Shown piece after piece: positions 11,281-24,118 of a stretch of 64,000 nucleotides of DNA. The stretch comes from Vicugna vicugna (taxonomy: Eukaryota). Position 1 is the stretch's first letter. Each line of letters opens with the position of its first letter. The notes beneath the pieces were generated by a model. It worked only from the letters and a program-made list of their open reading frames with translations. It searched no databases and was not told the DNA's origin. The stretch is from assembly GCA_013265495.1 (NCBI GenBank), contig MU058423.1, positions 9,471,627 to 9,535,626 of the forward strand, written 5' to 3'. The translations under genes and the position numbers were made by a program.

Positions 11281-12370
11281 GGTCCAAACTCAAGGAAGCA
11301 ATTCTCTCTCCCAGTTCTTTTTGTTGATCTACATTGACGCTAACTTGATATAAAAATGGAAAGGTTATTTACATTAAAAAGGTTGTAGAGTGACAAGCAG
11401 GGTTCTCATTAAAATTGAAAAAACTTTAATATGTGTAAAATTTATTGGCACAGACAAGTTTTAGAATGGTTAAGTCTACAATTTTGTCATTTTCTTGGTG
11501 GGGGAAGACAAGAGTGGGAGAAATGTATTTTAATAAATACATTTAGAATTATAGTCCATACTTAACTGTTTGGAAACTGTGTATGACTTCATGGACAGAG
11601 GAGGTAATAGGAACATGAAAATACATTTTATTTGTATTGATAATCTACTATTTTTTTCATCTCTCTTTGAGGGAGAGGACAAAAGGTCATCTGCACATAA
11701 GTTACACAGCTAAGTAGTTGAAAATCCCTGCTTAATTGTCTTCAGACTTTCTGGAGCTGTAGGAGAGAGTTAGTAAGTGAAAGAAATAGCCTTGCCTTTC
11801 AAAGAAATGACAACTTAGCTGATATTTCATCAAACAGATTTAGAAAAATACTTAAAGTGTGTGTGGCTGAACTTGAAGAAGATTGAGGATGATTTAAGAA
11901 CAACTTCCAAATATTTTAGGAATAATTTACTTACATCAGGAGGTCAATGGAAAAGTGCCATGTGAGATGTATGATCTATAAAAGAAGGGCTTACTGATAA
12001 TTCTGAAAGACTATCATTCAGTTTTTCTTAAAATTAACAGTCTAATGAGCTTATATTTGAGAGACATGATGCTTCGAAATAGGACAAACAAGCTGCTCAT
12101 TAATATTTATAGAATTTCAATATACTTTCTAGAGAATTGCTACATTCTTCATCTGAAATTAGTTTGTCTTTATGAATTAGCTACAATGGCTACAAATATC
12201 CTCAAGACAAAGGCTATTTAACCTGGTAATTTTGTATATAAGGAATACAACACTATTTACAGATGGTGTTAACTGTACATAAATGGCCTGAGATCCTCCA
12301 GTCATCAGTAGTTATAGTTGTAGACATTTTTTTAAAACTAGAATTGTTTTTAAAATTATGATAATAAACT

Positions 12371-14170
12371 ATTTTTTCTTCCAGTTTTATTGAGCTATAA
12401 TGGTATATAGCACTGTATAAGATTAAGGTGTACAGCATAATAATTTGATTTATATACATCATGAAATGATTATCACAATAAGTTTAGTGAACATCCATCA
12501 TCTCATATAGATATGAAATAAAAGAAAAAATATTTTTCCTTCTGATAAGAACCGTTAGGATTTACTCTCTTAACAACTTTCATACATAACATACAGCGGG
12601 GGTAATTATATTTATCACGTTGTACCTTATATCCCTAGTACTTATTTATGTCGTAACTAGAAGGTTGTACCTTTTGACCACCTTTATCCAATTCCTCCTT
12701 CCTCACTCTCTACCTCTGATAACCACAAATCTGATCTTTTTTGAAGAGTTTGTTTATTTGTTTTTGAAATATAATTGACCTTTAATACTGTATTAGTTCC
12801 TGGTGCATGACTTAGTGATTCAGTGTTTCTATGTATTACAAAATGATCACCACGATAAGTCTGGTTGCCATCTGTCACCACACAGAGATATTGCATAGTT
12901 ATTGACTATATTCCCCACATTGCACATTTTATACCCATGACTTACTTATTTTCTAACTGAAGATTTTTGCCTCTTAATCTCCTTCACCTCTTTCTTTCTT
13001 CCCCCCATTTCCCTCCCCTCTGGCAACCACTTGTTTTTTATATCTATCACTCTGTTTCTGTTTTGTTATATTTGTTCATTTGTTTATTTTTTAGGTCTCA
13101 CATATTAGTGAAATCATATGGTTTTCATCTTTTGCAGTCTGACTTATTTCATTTAGCCTAATACCCTCCACATATTGTCACAAATGGCAAGATTTCATTC
13201 TTTTTGATGGCTGTGTAATATTCCATAGTATATATACACCATCTCTCTCTGATGGGGCTGGGGCCAGGGGGGCCCTAGGGCTGCTTCCTCCTACTGGTGG
13301 TGAGGCCAGGTTCAGGGTTTGGGCTGGCTCACTGCTGGGCAGGGCTGAGTCCTGGGGTGGCTGGGATTAAATGGGCACCTACAGCTACTGCTGGCCTGCT
13401 GGTGGGTAGGGCTTTTTCCCCAGGTGGCTGGCTGTTTGGCTTTGTTGCAGGGCTGGAGGTCCCAGGACTAGTGCTGATTGGCTGGTGGGTGCGGCCCAGT
13501 CCCAGTGCTAGTCAGTGAGAGGGAGGACTCCAAAATGGTGTCTGCCAGCACCAGTGTCCTCACGGTAGCATGAGCTCCCCCAAATGGTGACCACTGTCAT
13601 CTGTATCCTCAGGGGGAATCCCAGTTGCTTCCTGCCTCTCTGGGAGGCTCTTTAAGATTAGCAAGTGGGTCTGAGCCAGACTGCTTTCAAACTGCTGTTT
13701 CTGTCCTGGGTCTTGGAGGGTGTGAGATTTTGTGTGCACTGTGTAAGAGTGGAGTCTCTTATTTTCTATGGCCCTCTGGGTCTCCTGAAAGCAAGCCCAG
13801 CTGGCCTTCAAAGCCAGATGACATTCTGGGCCTCATCTCCCAGTGCAAGACTCCTGGGCTGAGGAGCCTGATGTGGGGCTTGGACTCCTCACTCCATGGG
13901 GAGGACCTTTGTGATGGTGCTATTTCTCCCCTTTGTGGGTCGCCTACCTGGGGGTGTGCGTCTTGATTATATCATGTCTCCATGTCTATGTCCCTCCCAC
14001 CCATCTTATTGTGGGTTCTTCTTTATATTTTCAGTTTTAAAAGACCTTTCCTGTTAGTCTTCAGGTTGTTCTCATTGATTGTTGCTCTGTAAATAGCTGT
14101 AATTTTGTTGGGCCCACGGGAGGAAGTGAGCCCAGGGTTGTCCTACTCTGCCATCTTGGTCACTATCCCA
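12371..14170 (-). mobile_element. Internally deleted L1 (5' UTR fused to ORF2 tail and 3' UTR)
   Basis: The 5' end has the YY1-type motif ccaagatggc. GC-rich 5' UTR at 13250-14170, L1 3' end at 12371-13245. TSD ataataaact at 12361-12370 and 14171-14180. Confidence 0.8.
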
Positions 14171-14264
14171 ATAATAAACTGTTAATGCTACAATCTAATT
14201 TTATAGCTGAACTAGTTTAAAAATTATTTTTATTCTGAAGTCTGTATTATAATATTTTAAAAGG

Positions 14265-14455
14265 TCCCTGTAAGACAGTTTGGCAGTTTCTCATAAGGTT
14301 AAACATAGATTTACACTATGATCCCATAATCATACTCCTAGGTCTTTCCAAACTGAATTGAAACCTCTAGTCAAATACAAATTTGTAAATAAATGTTTAT
14401 AGAAGCTTCATCCATATTCACTAAAAATTGGATTTTAACCAAGATGTCTTTTCTT
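14265..14455 (+). mobile_element. Old L1 (L1MC-like) ORF2-end fragment
   Basis: gacagtttggcagtttctcataaggttaaacatag...tatgatccc...actcctagg. Confidence 0.7.
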
Positions 14456-16219
14456 TTGTGGATTTGTGATTTCTCACTGCAAAGAAATCCATCTCAGTTT
14501 GAGAAGATCTTGTGGGGTAAAAAGTCAAGCCTTACTTGGGAATGCTGGATGACAGACATTCTGTGTCTCTTTTTCTGAGAGGTAACCTCACAAAGGATTT
14601 ATAGTCTGAGGCTGTACACGAAGGCGTTTTCTCTGGGGGGCCCAGATTTGTGTGGACTTCAAGTGGAAAGGCTGGAGGGGTGAATATGAAACCTTATGCC
14701 CAATCCTGACATCTGCTCCTATACCTACAGACAGAGAAGTTTCAGAACCAGAGGCTGGAATCTAAAGTGAGAATAAGATGTCACAAGGCAGGGGTTTCCA
14801 AGAGTGCACCGGGGAGGAAGAGGGCGGGACAGGGGCCAGGTTTCCTCTAAAGAAAAAAAGACAATAGAAAAGGAATTTCTACTGGGGTAGGGGCGACAAA
14901 AAACAACCACAAAAAGACCGAAACCAAAACAAACGAAACTGCTTTTAGTGGAAGCAAATCTGTCATATAACTCTCTCTAAAATTACCCCTTTGCTAAATT
15001 ATTTCATTAGTCTTCTGTTTTACCTTCCTATCACTAATTTCTCCCTCCTTGAGTTTATTCTGCACACACTTTTCTGAATGATTTTCCTAATACATCTTAG
15101 AGACTGTGTAACCTTCATGGTCAAAAACTTTCAACGACTCATCATTGTCCCAGGAAGAAAAGCTAAACATTTGAATTTTGGTTTTCAAGTCTTTAGATCA
15201 TTAGCCAAATCACAAAACTTTTCTGAGTTTGTTTTCTTCATTTGTAAAGTGACACTGACTGTTAGGAGTTTATAGATTATCTCGGTAGCCTAGGGCAAAT
15301 ATATATCTAAATACTATTTTTAAAAAATGCTTCAAAAGTAGTTTTTGCTATCTGTCTAATCATCAATCTTCTAATACTAGTAGTAGTTTGTACTTAGGGT
15401 GAATACAAATATGGCAGATAAATTATTCCAGTTTCCAATGGTACATTGATTTACCTCTACAAGTGGTTTTGATTTTGGTTACTTTGATTGACACATGCTA
15501 ACTAAATATAACATACCAAAGAAAAAATAATCACATTTTTATTAGGACTTAGACCGATCCCAGCAATATTAAAAAAAATGAGAATTTTTTTGGTGCCTGT
15601 TATATATTTTCAGGAGGTTTAGTAAATAATTGGTTTGATTTAATCTCTTAATCTTCAAAAATCTCTTGAGCAAACCCCTGACCACATCTGCCTTCAGTAA
15701 GGTTAATTATAAAACAGTTAAGTTCTAATGAGGTTTTAGCTTCCTTATGCTGTTTACCAGCACAATTTCAACATCCTTCTATTGATATGAAATGTGTGGA
15801 AACACAATTTTTTTTTTCTTTTCTGTTTAATCTTGATGCTGGAGGTCCTGGTAGAACAGTTAAGGAGATTTCTGAATAGTGAACAGGGGAAGTCTTTTTT
15901 TCTCTTTTGGTTTTGATGGTACAAAAATGAACTCGTTTCCTCTACTGAGCTGGAAATTTAGAATAAAGGAACGTATTAGAAATATGAACATTCCTCTTCC
16001 TGATTCTTAAGTTTCATTAGAAACTTCTTATGTTACGTAACTTTTACTGAGAGGAGAATGGACGCAGGGTTAACCAAGAACATTTGTTAATGTAGAACTG
16101 AGAAACAACATAGAATCACTAATCACTTACCCAACAAATAACATAAACACCATTGCTTACACAGACAGTGTGATTCAGAGGTAGAGGTTTAAGTTTATCT
16201 CAGATTGCCATTGAGAAGG

Positions 16220-16460
16220 GTATAGTACTTACCAGGCACCTACTGTGTGTCAGCCACCATATAAGGCATTTTCCCCCATATTTCTTCTCATTTACTTCTT
16301 ACTGCAGTCCTGTGGCTGGGTAGTTTTTCCATTCAGATTAGTAGAGATAAGGAAATTGAGACTTAGGAAGTTTTAATTGCATGTTCAGGGTCACACATCT
16401 ACTAAATTGCAGGCTTAGATTTGAAACCACTTTTGTTTGATGCAAAACTGATACAGTTTC
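16220..16460 (-). mobile_element. MIR SINE
   Basis: gcacctactgtgtgtcag...agataaggaaattgagacttagga...ggtcacacatctactaa. Confidence 0.7.
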
Positions 16461-17814
16461 CACTCTACAGAACACTTCTTCCTTGAGGTTTTTATACCCT
16501 TCAGAGTCCATTTTCCTGCCGTATGAGACTCGCCTTGTAATCTTAATCTGTTTCGCAAGAATGAATGGGCTAGTGAATTAGTACTTGTAAAGAACTCTGG
16601 TACTTGTGGAGAACTTGTGTTATTGAAAAAACCCAAGACATTTTATAGTTACTTTCTCAGACTTGTTTTGGTTCAAACGAACCCTATATAAAGCTATCCC
16701 TACTCCCTGTTTAATGGCATCAATTAATGGAAAGCAAACAAGAATTTCCTAACAGTAAACTCATCCTTTCCTGCTGCTAACTTCTCTCAGGTGTTTAGAT
16801 TCATGGGGGCACAAAAGACTGCTGTCTTATTAAATTCTTCTTTAGGTAAGAGTATGTGAGATGCAAGTGAGAAAAGTGCTAAAGCTCTGTAAAGACCATC
16901 TCTGGGTTTTATAGCTCTGCTTTAGAAGGATGTATCCATAGGCTATAAAGTGAAGACAAAAGAGCATGCCCAGTTGTATACGTAATAGAGCTACAATGTT
17001 TTAATGCATAAAACAAAAAAACATATCTACACAGAGGAAAGACCTGAAATAAATCGGCCCAAATGTGTGGGCCACTGGTCACCTGTCAGTGAAGAGCATA
17101 GGGACATTTCATTTCATTTAAAAAATATTTTTCTGCATTTCTTTGTTTTTGTAAAAAAGAAAAATAGATTCTATAATTAGAAGAATGCAATGAATTTTCA
17201 TCCACACTTTTAAAAGACACGTTCTTTTGAAAGCAGCTCTGTTGGAGTGTGAGGGTGAGAATATTCTCAAATGGAAACAATTTTGTTTGTCAGGGAATTC
17301 AGCTTTAAAATGGAAGCAAGGCATTTGTCTCTCTGATGCCATGGCAACCAGAAGAAAACGGCAAAGTCCAACAATGGTATAAAAATGTGCCTCAAGGGTG
17401 GGTAAGAAGGAGGCAACCTTGGACCTCCTTTTTTTTTCCATTTCCCCTCTAACAGAAGGCCGCATTGTGTTTTTCTAGCTGACTCTATCTCTTCCCAGCT
17501 AGGCTGCTGCGATAGGAGAGAGCAAACAATATAACAACCTTTTCCTCATGAAGTTTTGGGCCTCTCCAAAAAATATGTGCTTTCTCTGTGGAGAAAGGCT
17601 TTGTTTCTTTTGAATAAGTTTCTCTGCTTCCCCTCCCTTCAACATCCTCAAATTCAGCCATTTTTATGGTAAAGTTTCTCAATCCCCTGTACAACTCCGT
17701 CTCAGAACTTGCCTTGATTTGCTGCCCTCTTTGAAGTTGCAGGGCTGGACTGATCTTTTCTCTGTGGTCACTGCTTTCTTCACACCCAAGAGTGCCTTCT
17801 ATGAATACTTCTGT

Positions 17815-17878
17815 ATGAAGTATAGTCGGTTTACAGTGTCGTGTTAATTTCTGGTGTACAGCATAGTGATTCAGTTTT

Positions 17879-17922
<44 letters not shown>

Positions 17923-18530
17923 CACATACATACACATATTTTTTTCTTATTCTTCTTCAGTTATAGGCTATCACAAGATATTGAGTATAGTTTCCTGTGC
18001 TGTACAGTAGCACCTTGTTGCTTATCTAGTTTATATATAGTAGGTAGTATCTGCAAATCCCGAACTCCCAAATTACCCTCCACTCTCTTTGCCCTGGTCA
18101 CCATGTTTGTTTTCTACGTCTGCAGGTATGTCTCTGTTTTGTAAATAAGTTCATTTGTGTCATTTTTCTTAGGTTCCACATGTAAGTGATAGCATGTGGT
18201 ATTTTTCTTTCTCTTTTTGGCTTACTTCACTTAGTATGACACTCTCTAGGCCCATCCATGTTTCTGCAAATGGCATTACTTTATTCTTTTTTATAGCTGA
18301 GTAGTATCCCATTGTGTATAAATGCATCCCATCTGCTTTATTTATTCATCTGTTGACGGACATTTAGGTTGCTTCCATGTCTTGGCTATTGCAAATAGTG
18401 CTGTTATGAACATTGGGGTGCATCCATCCTTTCAAATTAGATGTTTCTCTGGATATATGTTCAGGAGTAGGATTGCTGGATAATAGAGTAAGTCCATTTT
18501 CGGTTTTTTAAGGACTCTCCAAACTGTTAA
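17815..18530 (-). mobile_element. 5'-truncated L1 (artiodactyl/camelid-type 3' end) with a (TA)(TG)(TA) microsatellite
   Basis: gaagtatagtcggtttacag...ggtgtacagcatagtgattcag, followed by ORF2 C-terminal sequence (ttgcttccatgtcttggctattg...gattgctgga). Confidence 0.9.
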
Positions 18531-20014
18531 AAACTTTTTTTTTTAAACCTAGTTTTAGTTTAAACCTAGTCTTCAGGTTTTATTTTAAACCTAGTCTTCA
18601 GGTAAATTGAATTTCCCCAAGCCACTAAAGATTGCTTAAGGTCCTCATTTTGGCAATACTAATTCAAATACTGCATTACAGAGATTTCCAAGGGATATGG
18701 TTCCCATTACACAGGTGGGCAGTGATATTACAGTTTTCTCTTGTGGTCTGTGTCCTGTTGCCTGCTATAGTGATAGTAGGGCCAGTATGTTGAGAATTGT
18801 TGACTTCTGTGCTGGAATTTGCTTTAAGATTCTACATTTTTGGGTTCAGAACTTTAGTCAACTTAGAAGCTCCCAGGAGTCTGAGCAAGTGAACATCCAG
18901 TTTTATCCCTCATATCAGTGCTTCTCAACCAATCCAAAGAAAAGATATTGAGAAGAGAACTTCAGAAAAGTAACTTTAGAGAATTGCTGGTCCTCGAGGT
19001 GGCAGCTAGAGATACAGTCTTGGGAGTGAAGGAACCTTAGTAGCAAAGCCAGTCCTTGCCCCAGTGTCACCCTCTGGCATTAGAAATCACAGGACAGCTG
19101 TGCAGCTCCTGGGCCTCCAGTGGGCCCAGGCAGCTGGTCATTCCAGAAAACTGGAAGTGATGGTGTCATTCCTAGGAGCGTCGTCCAGCCAGAACTATTT
19201 TGTAGCTCTGAGAAAGCTAACTGTGGCAGATGGAGGGTTCGTGCTATGCATCTTTTGAATCTGATGGCAGTGCTAGTGGACTTTCCCAAGTCAGATAAAT
19301 TTAGATTAACCCAAGGTTTTATCAGAATGGTACCAGACAACACACAGTGACGGGAACAATTTAATACGCCATGTTCTTTTGCTTTGATAAGAGAGAAACA
19401 ATAGAGTATGAAGCTATGCGAAAGAATACTAGGAGTGGTCAGAAGCTGAAATAACTTCATTTGATAAAATGATCTCAGGATGGGCATGCCTTTCTGTAAT
19501 ATGTGTATTGCTTAAGACCATGCTGGTACTTATTAGGTTCTCAGTAAATGTTAGTAAGATGTAATAATAATAAATAACAAATTATGCATGGCCTTGTTTT
19601 GTTTTTGTTTTCTTTTCTTTTATTAAGCTTGAGTTCTATATTGCTTTCTGCTGCCAGGTTATTCTGTCTACTTACTTGGTTCTTGATATACTAGGTACTC
19701 AATAAAATTTTTTGAGTGGGTAAATGAAGGAAAGAAGTCTTACAGTGGCTCTGTGTATTTCCTTGTGAAGAAGGAGCTCAAAAAGTTCAATTTATTACAA
19801 TTTATCACAATTTTATTAGCATCAGAATTTCCATTATAAACTTAGTGGTGTTAGTCATTTTAATATTAAAATAACCAGTATGGCTTTTCTTTTTTTCTCC
19901 TTTTCTTTTTTTACCCTTCTTCATAGATTTTCTTTCAGAGTCCTTTTAAAAAAGGGGATAATTTTACCTCTTAAGTTGGCAGTTTTGAAAGTCATTGTAT
20001 TTTAATATTTAAGT

Positions 20015-20285
20015 ATAGTCAAAGACAAAGCTGGATGCTAATTAAAGTGGTAAAGACAGATTTTAATCAATGATAGAAGATTGCAGTAGGGAAAATAATC
20101 CAGCAGAACTGAACTCAACTCAACTTTGATTTTATAAAGAGGTCACTGGGCATTTTAAAGAGAGGATGAGGGAGTAAGGAGAGGGATGGGAGGCGGCCCA
20201 GCAGTCAGGGAGAACAGTTATAGGAAGGGAGGGTTAATCCGTGTGAATCCCATCTGGGTTTGCTAATTGGCACTTATCAGATCAT
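20015..20285 (-). mobile_element. MER31-like ERV1 LTR fragment
   Basis: aaagacaaagctgga...gaactgaactcaact...ctgggcattttaaag...cccatctgggtttgctaa matches recalled MER31. Confidence 0.65.
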
Positions 20286-20289
20286 GGTC

Positions 20290-20735
20290 TGTGATGGTTA
20301 ACTTCATGTGTCAAATTGGGCCACAGGATGGCCAGTATCTGATTAAATATTATTTCTGGAAGTGTCTGTGAGGGTGTTTCCAGAAGAGATTAGCATTTGA
20401 ATTGGTGAACTCTGTAAGGCTGATGGCCTTCCCCAATGTGGGTGGGCCTCATCCAATCTCTTGAGGTTTTGAATAGAACAAAAAGGCAGAGGAAGGTTCA
20501 GTTCACTCTCTGTTTGCTTGTTTAACCTGGGCTGTTGATCTCCTGTCCTCTGTGCTTCTGGTTCTCAGGCCTTTAGACTCAGACTGGAATCTCCAGCATT
20601 GGTTCTCTAGCTCTTAGGCCCTCAGGCCTTCAAACTACACCGTGGGCTTTCCTGCATCCCCAGCTTGCAGATGGCAGACTGTGGGACTTCGCGGCCTCCA
20701 TTTTCATGTGAGCCTTATGCCTTATAGTAAATTAG
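20290..20735 (+). mobile_element. ERVL LTR MLT2B-like
   Basis: tgtgatggttaacttcatgtgtcaa...gagggtgtttccagaagagattagcatttgaat...ccagcttgcagatggcagactgtgggactt. Confidence 0.85.
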
Positions 20736-20807
20736 AATAATAGATGTAAAATATTAAGCACATAGCACATAGAAAAGATTCAGTAAATGTTGGTTACTGT
20801 AACAGAT

Positions 20808-21838
20808 GTCGTATGTTGGCTAGCTCAACATCTTTTCCAATCTCTATTATGCCTCTCCATAAAGCTAAAAGAACTGCATTTCCCAGACTCCCTTGCAGCT
20901 TGGGGGCCATAAATGATTTAGAGTCTTTCTATCCAATGCATCTGTTTGAGTCTTGACTTGGAACTGAAGAAGCAAGGCATCCATTTCATGGCAGAGTGTA
21001 ATGGATTTGTACTCTGTTAACTTTGCAAAAATTGAACTACATTTCTCAGAATTCCCTTCCCTGCATAATTGTGGGTTGGTGACTGTGTGATCTTGCATGA
21101 ACTTTGGAAGGTGGAAGTAAAGCAGTAGCCATGTTCTGGTCATCTCCAGGACCAGCCACTGCTGCAGTTTGTGCATGTTGTGGTTATCTGCCGGTTCGCC
21201 TTGTTGGTGAGGGGCAGTAACTGAGCCCACATCAACTCTAAATCCCCTCTTCCAGCTTCTCCAATTCCTAGGTCAAGTTTGTGTATAAAAGGACGCCAGC
21301 TTCTCCTGCAAGACACCCCATTATTGAAGTTGGAGGCTTATAGAAGCGATGAGACCAGTGTGGGTTTCAGGTTTTGTTTGTGGGCTCCAGCGCATTCTTA
21401 CCGGTTCCAGATTATCTTTGTTCTCTTCTACTTCACATCTGTATTGCCTTCCTAATTGTCTGCCCTGCTGACCTGGAGCAGTCAGGCTCCAACACCAGGT
21501 GCAGGAGCAACAGTCAAACAGAAATCATTGAACAATTCACACCATTGTGTAAGGTCAGATCCCTGCAAGAACTCCTGTCATCTAGACTTATCATCTCTCG
21601 TAGCTCTGTTTCTCTGAGACATGGAGGCAGTGTGGTCCTGTGGTCAGTGGCCTCCTGCATTAGTAGCTTCCTGCAGAGGAAAAATGATTCTGAGGTTCTA
21701 GATGTTTCCTAAAAGCCTAGAATCTATTGACTTTCAATAATTTTATAAGTTCCTGATACCTCCTAATAAATCTCTTTGCTCTTTTACCAGCCAGAGCGCT
21801 TTCTGCTGTCTGTTATAGAACTTTACTGCCTAAGGCAT
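20808..21838 (+). mobile_element. LTR33-like ERVL LTR, split by an MLT2E/F-like LTR
   Basis: aagctaaaagaactgcatttcccagactcccttgcagct at the 5' part. Resumes at 21622 and ends near aataaatctctttgct...ccagccagagcgctttctgctgtctg. Confidence 0.6.
20997..21621 (+). mobile_element. ERVL LTR (MLT2E/F-like), second copy with an antisense APOA4-like fragment
   Basis: tgtaatggatttgta...gaactacatttctcagaattcccttccctg...ttggaaggtggaagtaaagcag...tctgtttctctgagaca. The APOA4-like remnant is on the minus strand at 21151-21311. Confidence 0.75.
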
Positions 21839-23129
21839 TATTATTATTGTGAGTTTAGCAATGGATTTTGTCTTCATGGGGCTTATGGTCTAGCAAGAGA
21901 GAAGATATTACAAGTGTGGTGTGTTCCCTTTTCTTCTACTGAAAATATTTCCTTTGATTTTTATTGACCCTTTTCCCAGTTTCTAAGAGGGAAGTCATCT
22001 TTTTCCCCTTGCTACATCAAAAGGAAGCAGAGGACATCTTGCTAAATTTTTCACGTAGGTTTGGTGTGAGAGCCAGTGGCTCATTACATGCTAGCTCCAA
22101 GATTTGGGGAAGTGTTGGTTCAGAGTGGCAACTGCTTAGACACTGGGTTGGGAGAAGGGCTGGAAAATATTTTCTTGCTAAACATGATAGTGAAAGAAAA
22201 TATCTGATTTGGAATCTTTCAAAAGATAAGAAAGAAAAAACAAAGCAACAAACAAATAAAAAAAGCGATCAGAAGGCCTGGCATTCCTTATATCTAAGCA
22301 GACATAGTTTTCATATCATTTAAAGTTAAAACCAAACTTACATTTGTTGTTAAGTAAAGTTTGCCTTTCCAAATGTCACTGAATGCTATTGTCATAGGAC
22401 TACTGTGCTGAAGATTATAAATTGAAATACTCAGACTAAAGTATAAGGCAATGCTTTAAATTTAAAGTATTGCCATTTGAAAATTCTAAAAGCTGTAATA
22501 ACATTTACATTTTATATCTCTTCATCCAGCAGGATTTTAGGGTTTTAGTGCATTCTGTAAATCACAGTATGGTCAGACTTTTTTTTTGAAGATATTCTTT
22601 CAGTCATGAAAGTCATTTCTCCCAGTGTACTCATCTACTGGTAATAGTCAACACTGATGAAAACGGAGTGTAAGGAAAACACACGTCTTTCTCTCCAGAT
22701 CCCAGGACTCTGGAGCTCTGATTTTAGTCTCTGTGTTTCCCTAGTGTGCCTGTGAAATCCCCTGAATCCCTTGCCTCGGCAGGCATTCACACCTAATGCA
22801 GACACTTTGTTCCTGAATCTAAGCTGCCGATTTCCCGGTATGGAAATAGTGAAGTGGCCTGGAAGCTGATGTCACCAACTCAGGAAAGGCTGGTGCCGGC
22901 TTCCTGGATAAGGCGTCTGCCTATAAGGGGAGGACCAGTCTTTAGCTGGTGTGGGGGCTCCCAACATACTGTTTCAGGAAGAGAGATTTAAATCCAACAG
23001 GGATTGAGTATTTATTACATATCAGGCCTGTGCTACACACATAGCATCTTCACGACAATCTTGGGAGACTAGCATTACGGTGCATCATTATCGCTGCTTT
23101 ACAGAGAAGGAAATTGACAGTCATGTTCG

Positions 23130-23860
23130 AAACATGAGCTTTCTTTGGATTAATATTTTCATGGTATTTCTTTTCTAGTCCTTTATTTCCAAACTTTCGG
23201 TTTGCTTTTGTTTTAATGTGTTTCTTGTAAACTGTGTATTTTTTCTTGATCGTCTCTTAACAGGTGGTTTACTCTTTTTATGTTTATTATGGTTATTGGT
23301 ACCTTTGGACCTGCTTCTACTATTTCATTTGTGGTTTTGGCTGTCATCCTTTTCCCCTGCCCCTCCCTTTCTTCCTCCCTCCTTCCTTCTCTTTATCCCT
23401 CCTCTTTCTTTCTTTTGTCAGAGCTTTATGCATAATCCCTCCTTTTGTTCCTCTCCTGATCTAGAAGCTAAAATTATATAAATATATACACACACACATA
23501 CATGCAATATATATGTGTTGTATACAACTATAGGTGATTATACACCATTTCATATTTATATTACACACATAAACACCTTTGCCTCTCTCTATACAGAGAT
23601 CTTTGTTTATGTAGAGTTTATAGGTATTCTTATTATGTCTGAAATTATTTTTATTTTTCTTCTACTCTTGAAAGATAGTTTGGCTGAGTATAGAATTTTA
23701 GGTGAAGCATTATTCTCCCTAAGCTTTTAGAAGATATCACTCCATTATTTTCTGTCTATCAATTATGGTTGGAACACGGGCTTAAGGAGGATGAAAGAGG
23801 CTCGAAGTGTGAATTTAGAAGTGTTACACTATATTTAAAATTCATGGTTGCTGAGAAGAA
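23130..23860 (-). mobile_element. Old L1 fragment (ORF1 end, spacer, ORF2 start region)
   Basis: tcttgaaagatagtttggctgagtatagaattttagg...gaagatatcactccatt and ttcttgtaaactgtgtat motifs. Confidence 0.55.
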
Positions 23861-23888
23861 TATAAGTTGATTTTTGGTAGTTCTGGTC

Positions 23889-24118
23889 CAGGATTGCCCC
23901 ATCTAAGACCTATTAACATTTTGGGCCAGATGATTATTTGTTATTTGGGGAGGGGGATGTCTGGTGTATTGTGCAATGTTTACCAGCATCCTTGGCCTCT
24001 GTCAACTAGATGCTAGTGGCAGTAGCCCCCCTCCCTCCCAGTTGTGATGACCAAAAATGTCTTCAGATCTTGTCAAAATACCCTGGGGGTCAAAATCACC
24101 CCCAGTTGAGAACTACTG
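23889..24118 (-). mobile_element. MER20 hAT-Charlie element
   Basis: acattttgggccagat...agcatccttggcctct...actagatgctagt...cagttgtgatgaccaaaaatgtct...caaaatcacccccagttgagaactactg. Confidence 0.85.

Noticed and set aside
23218..23730. Membrane-protein-like Phe/Leu-rich ORFs
   Set aside because: They arise from pyrimidine-rich low-complexity and antisense old L1 sequence.
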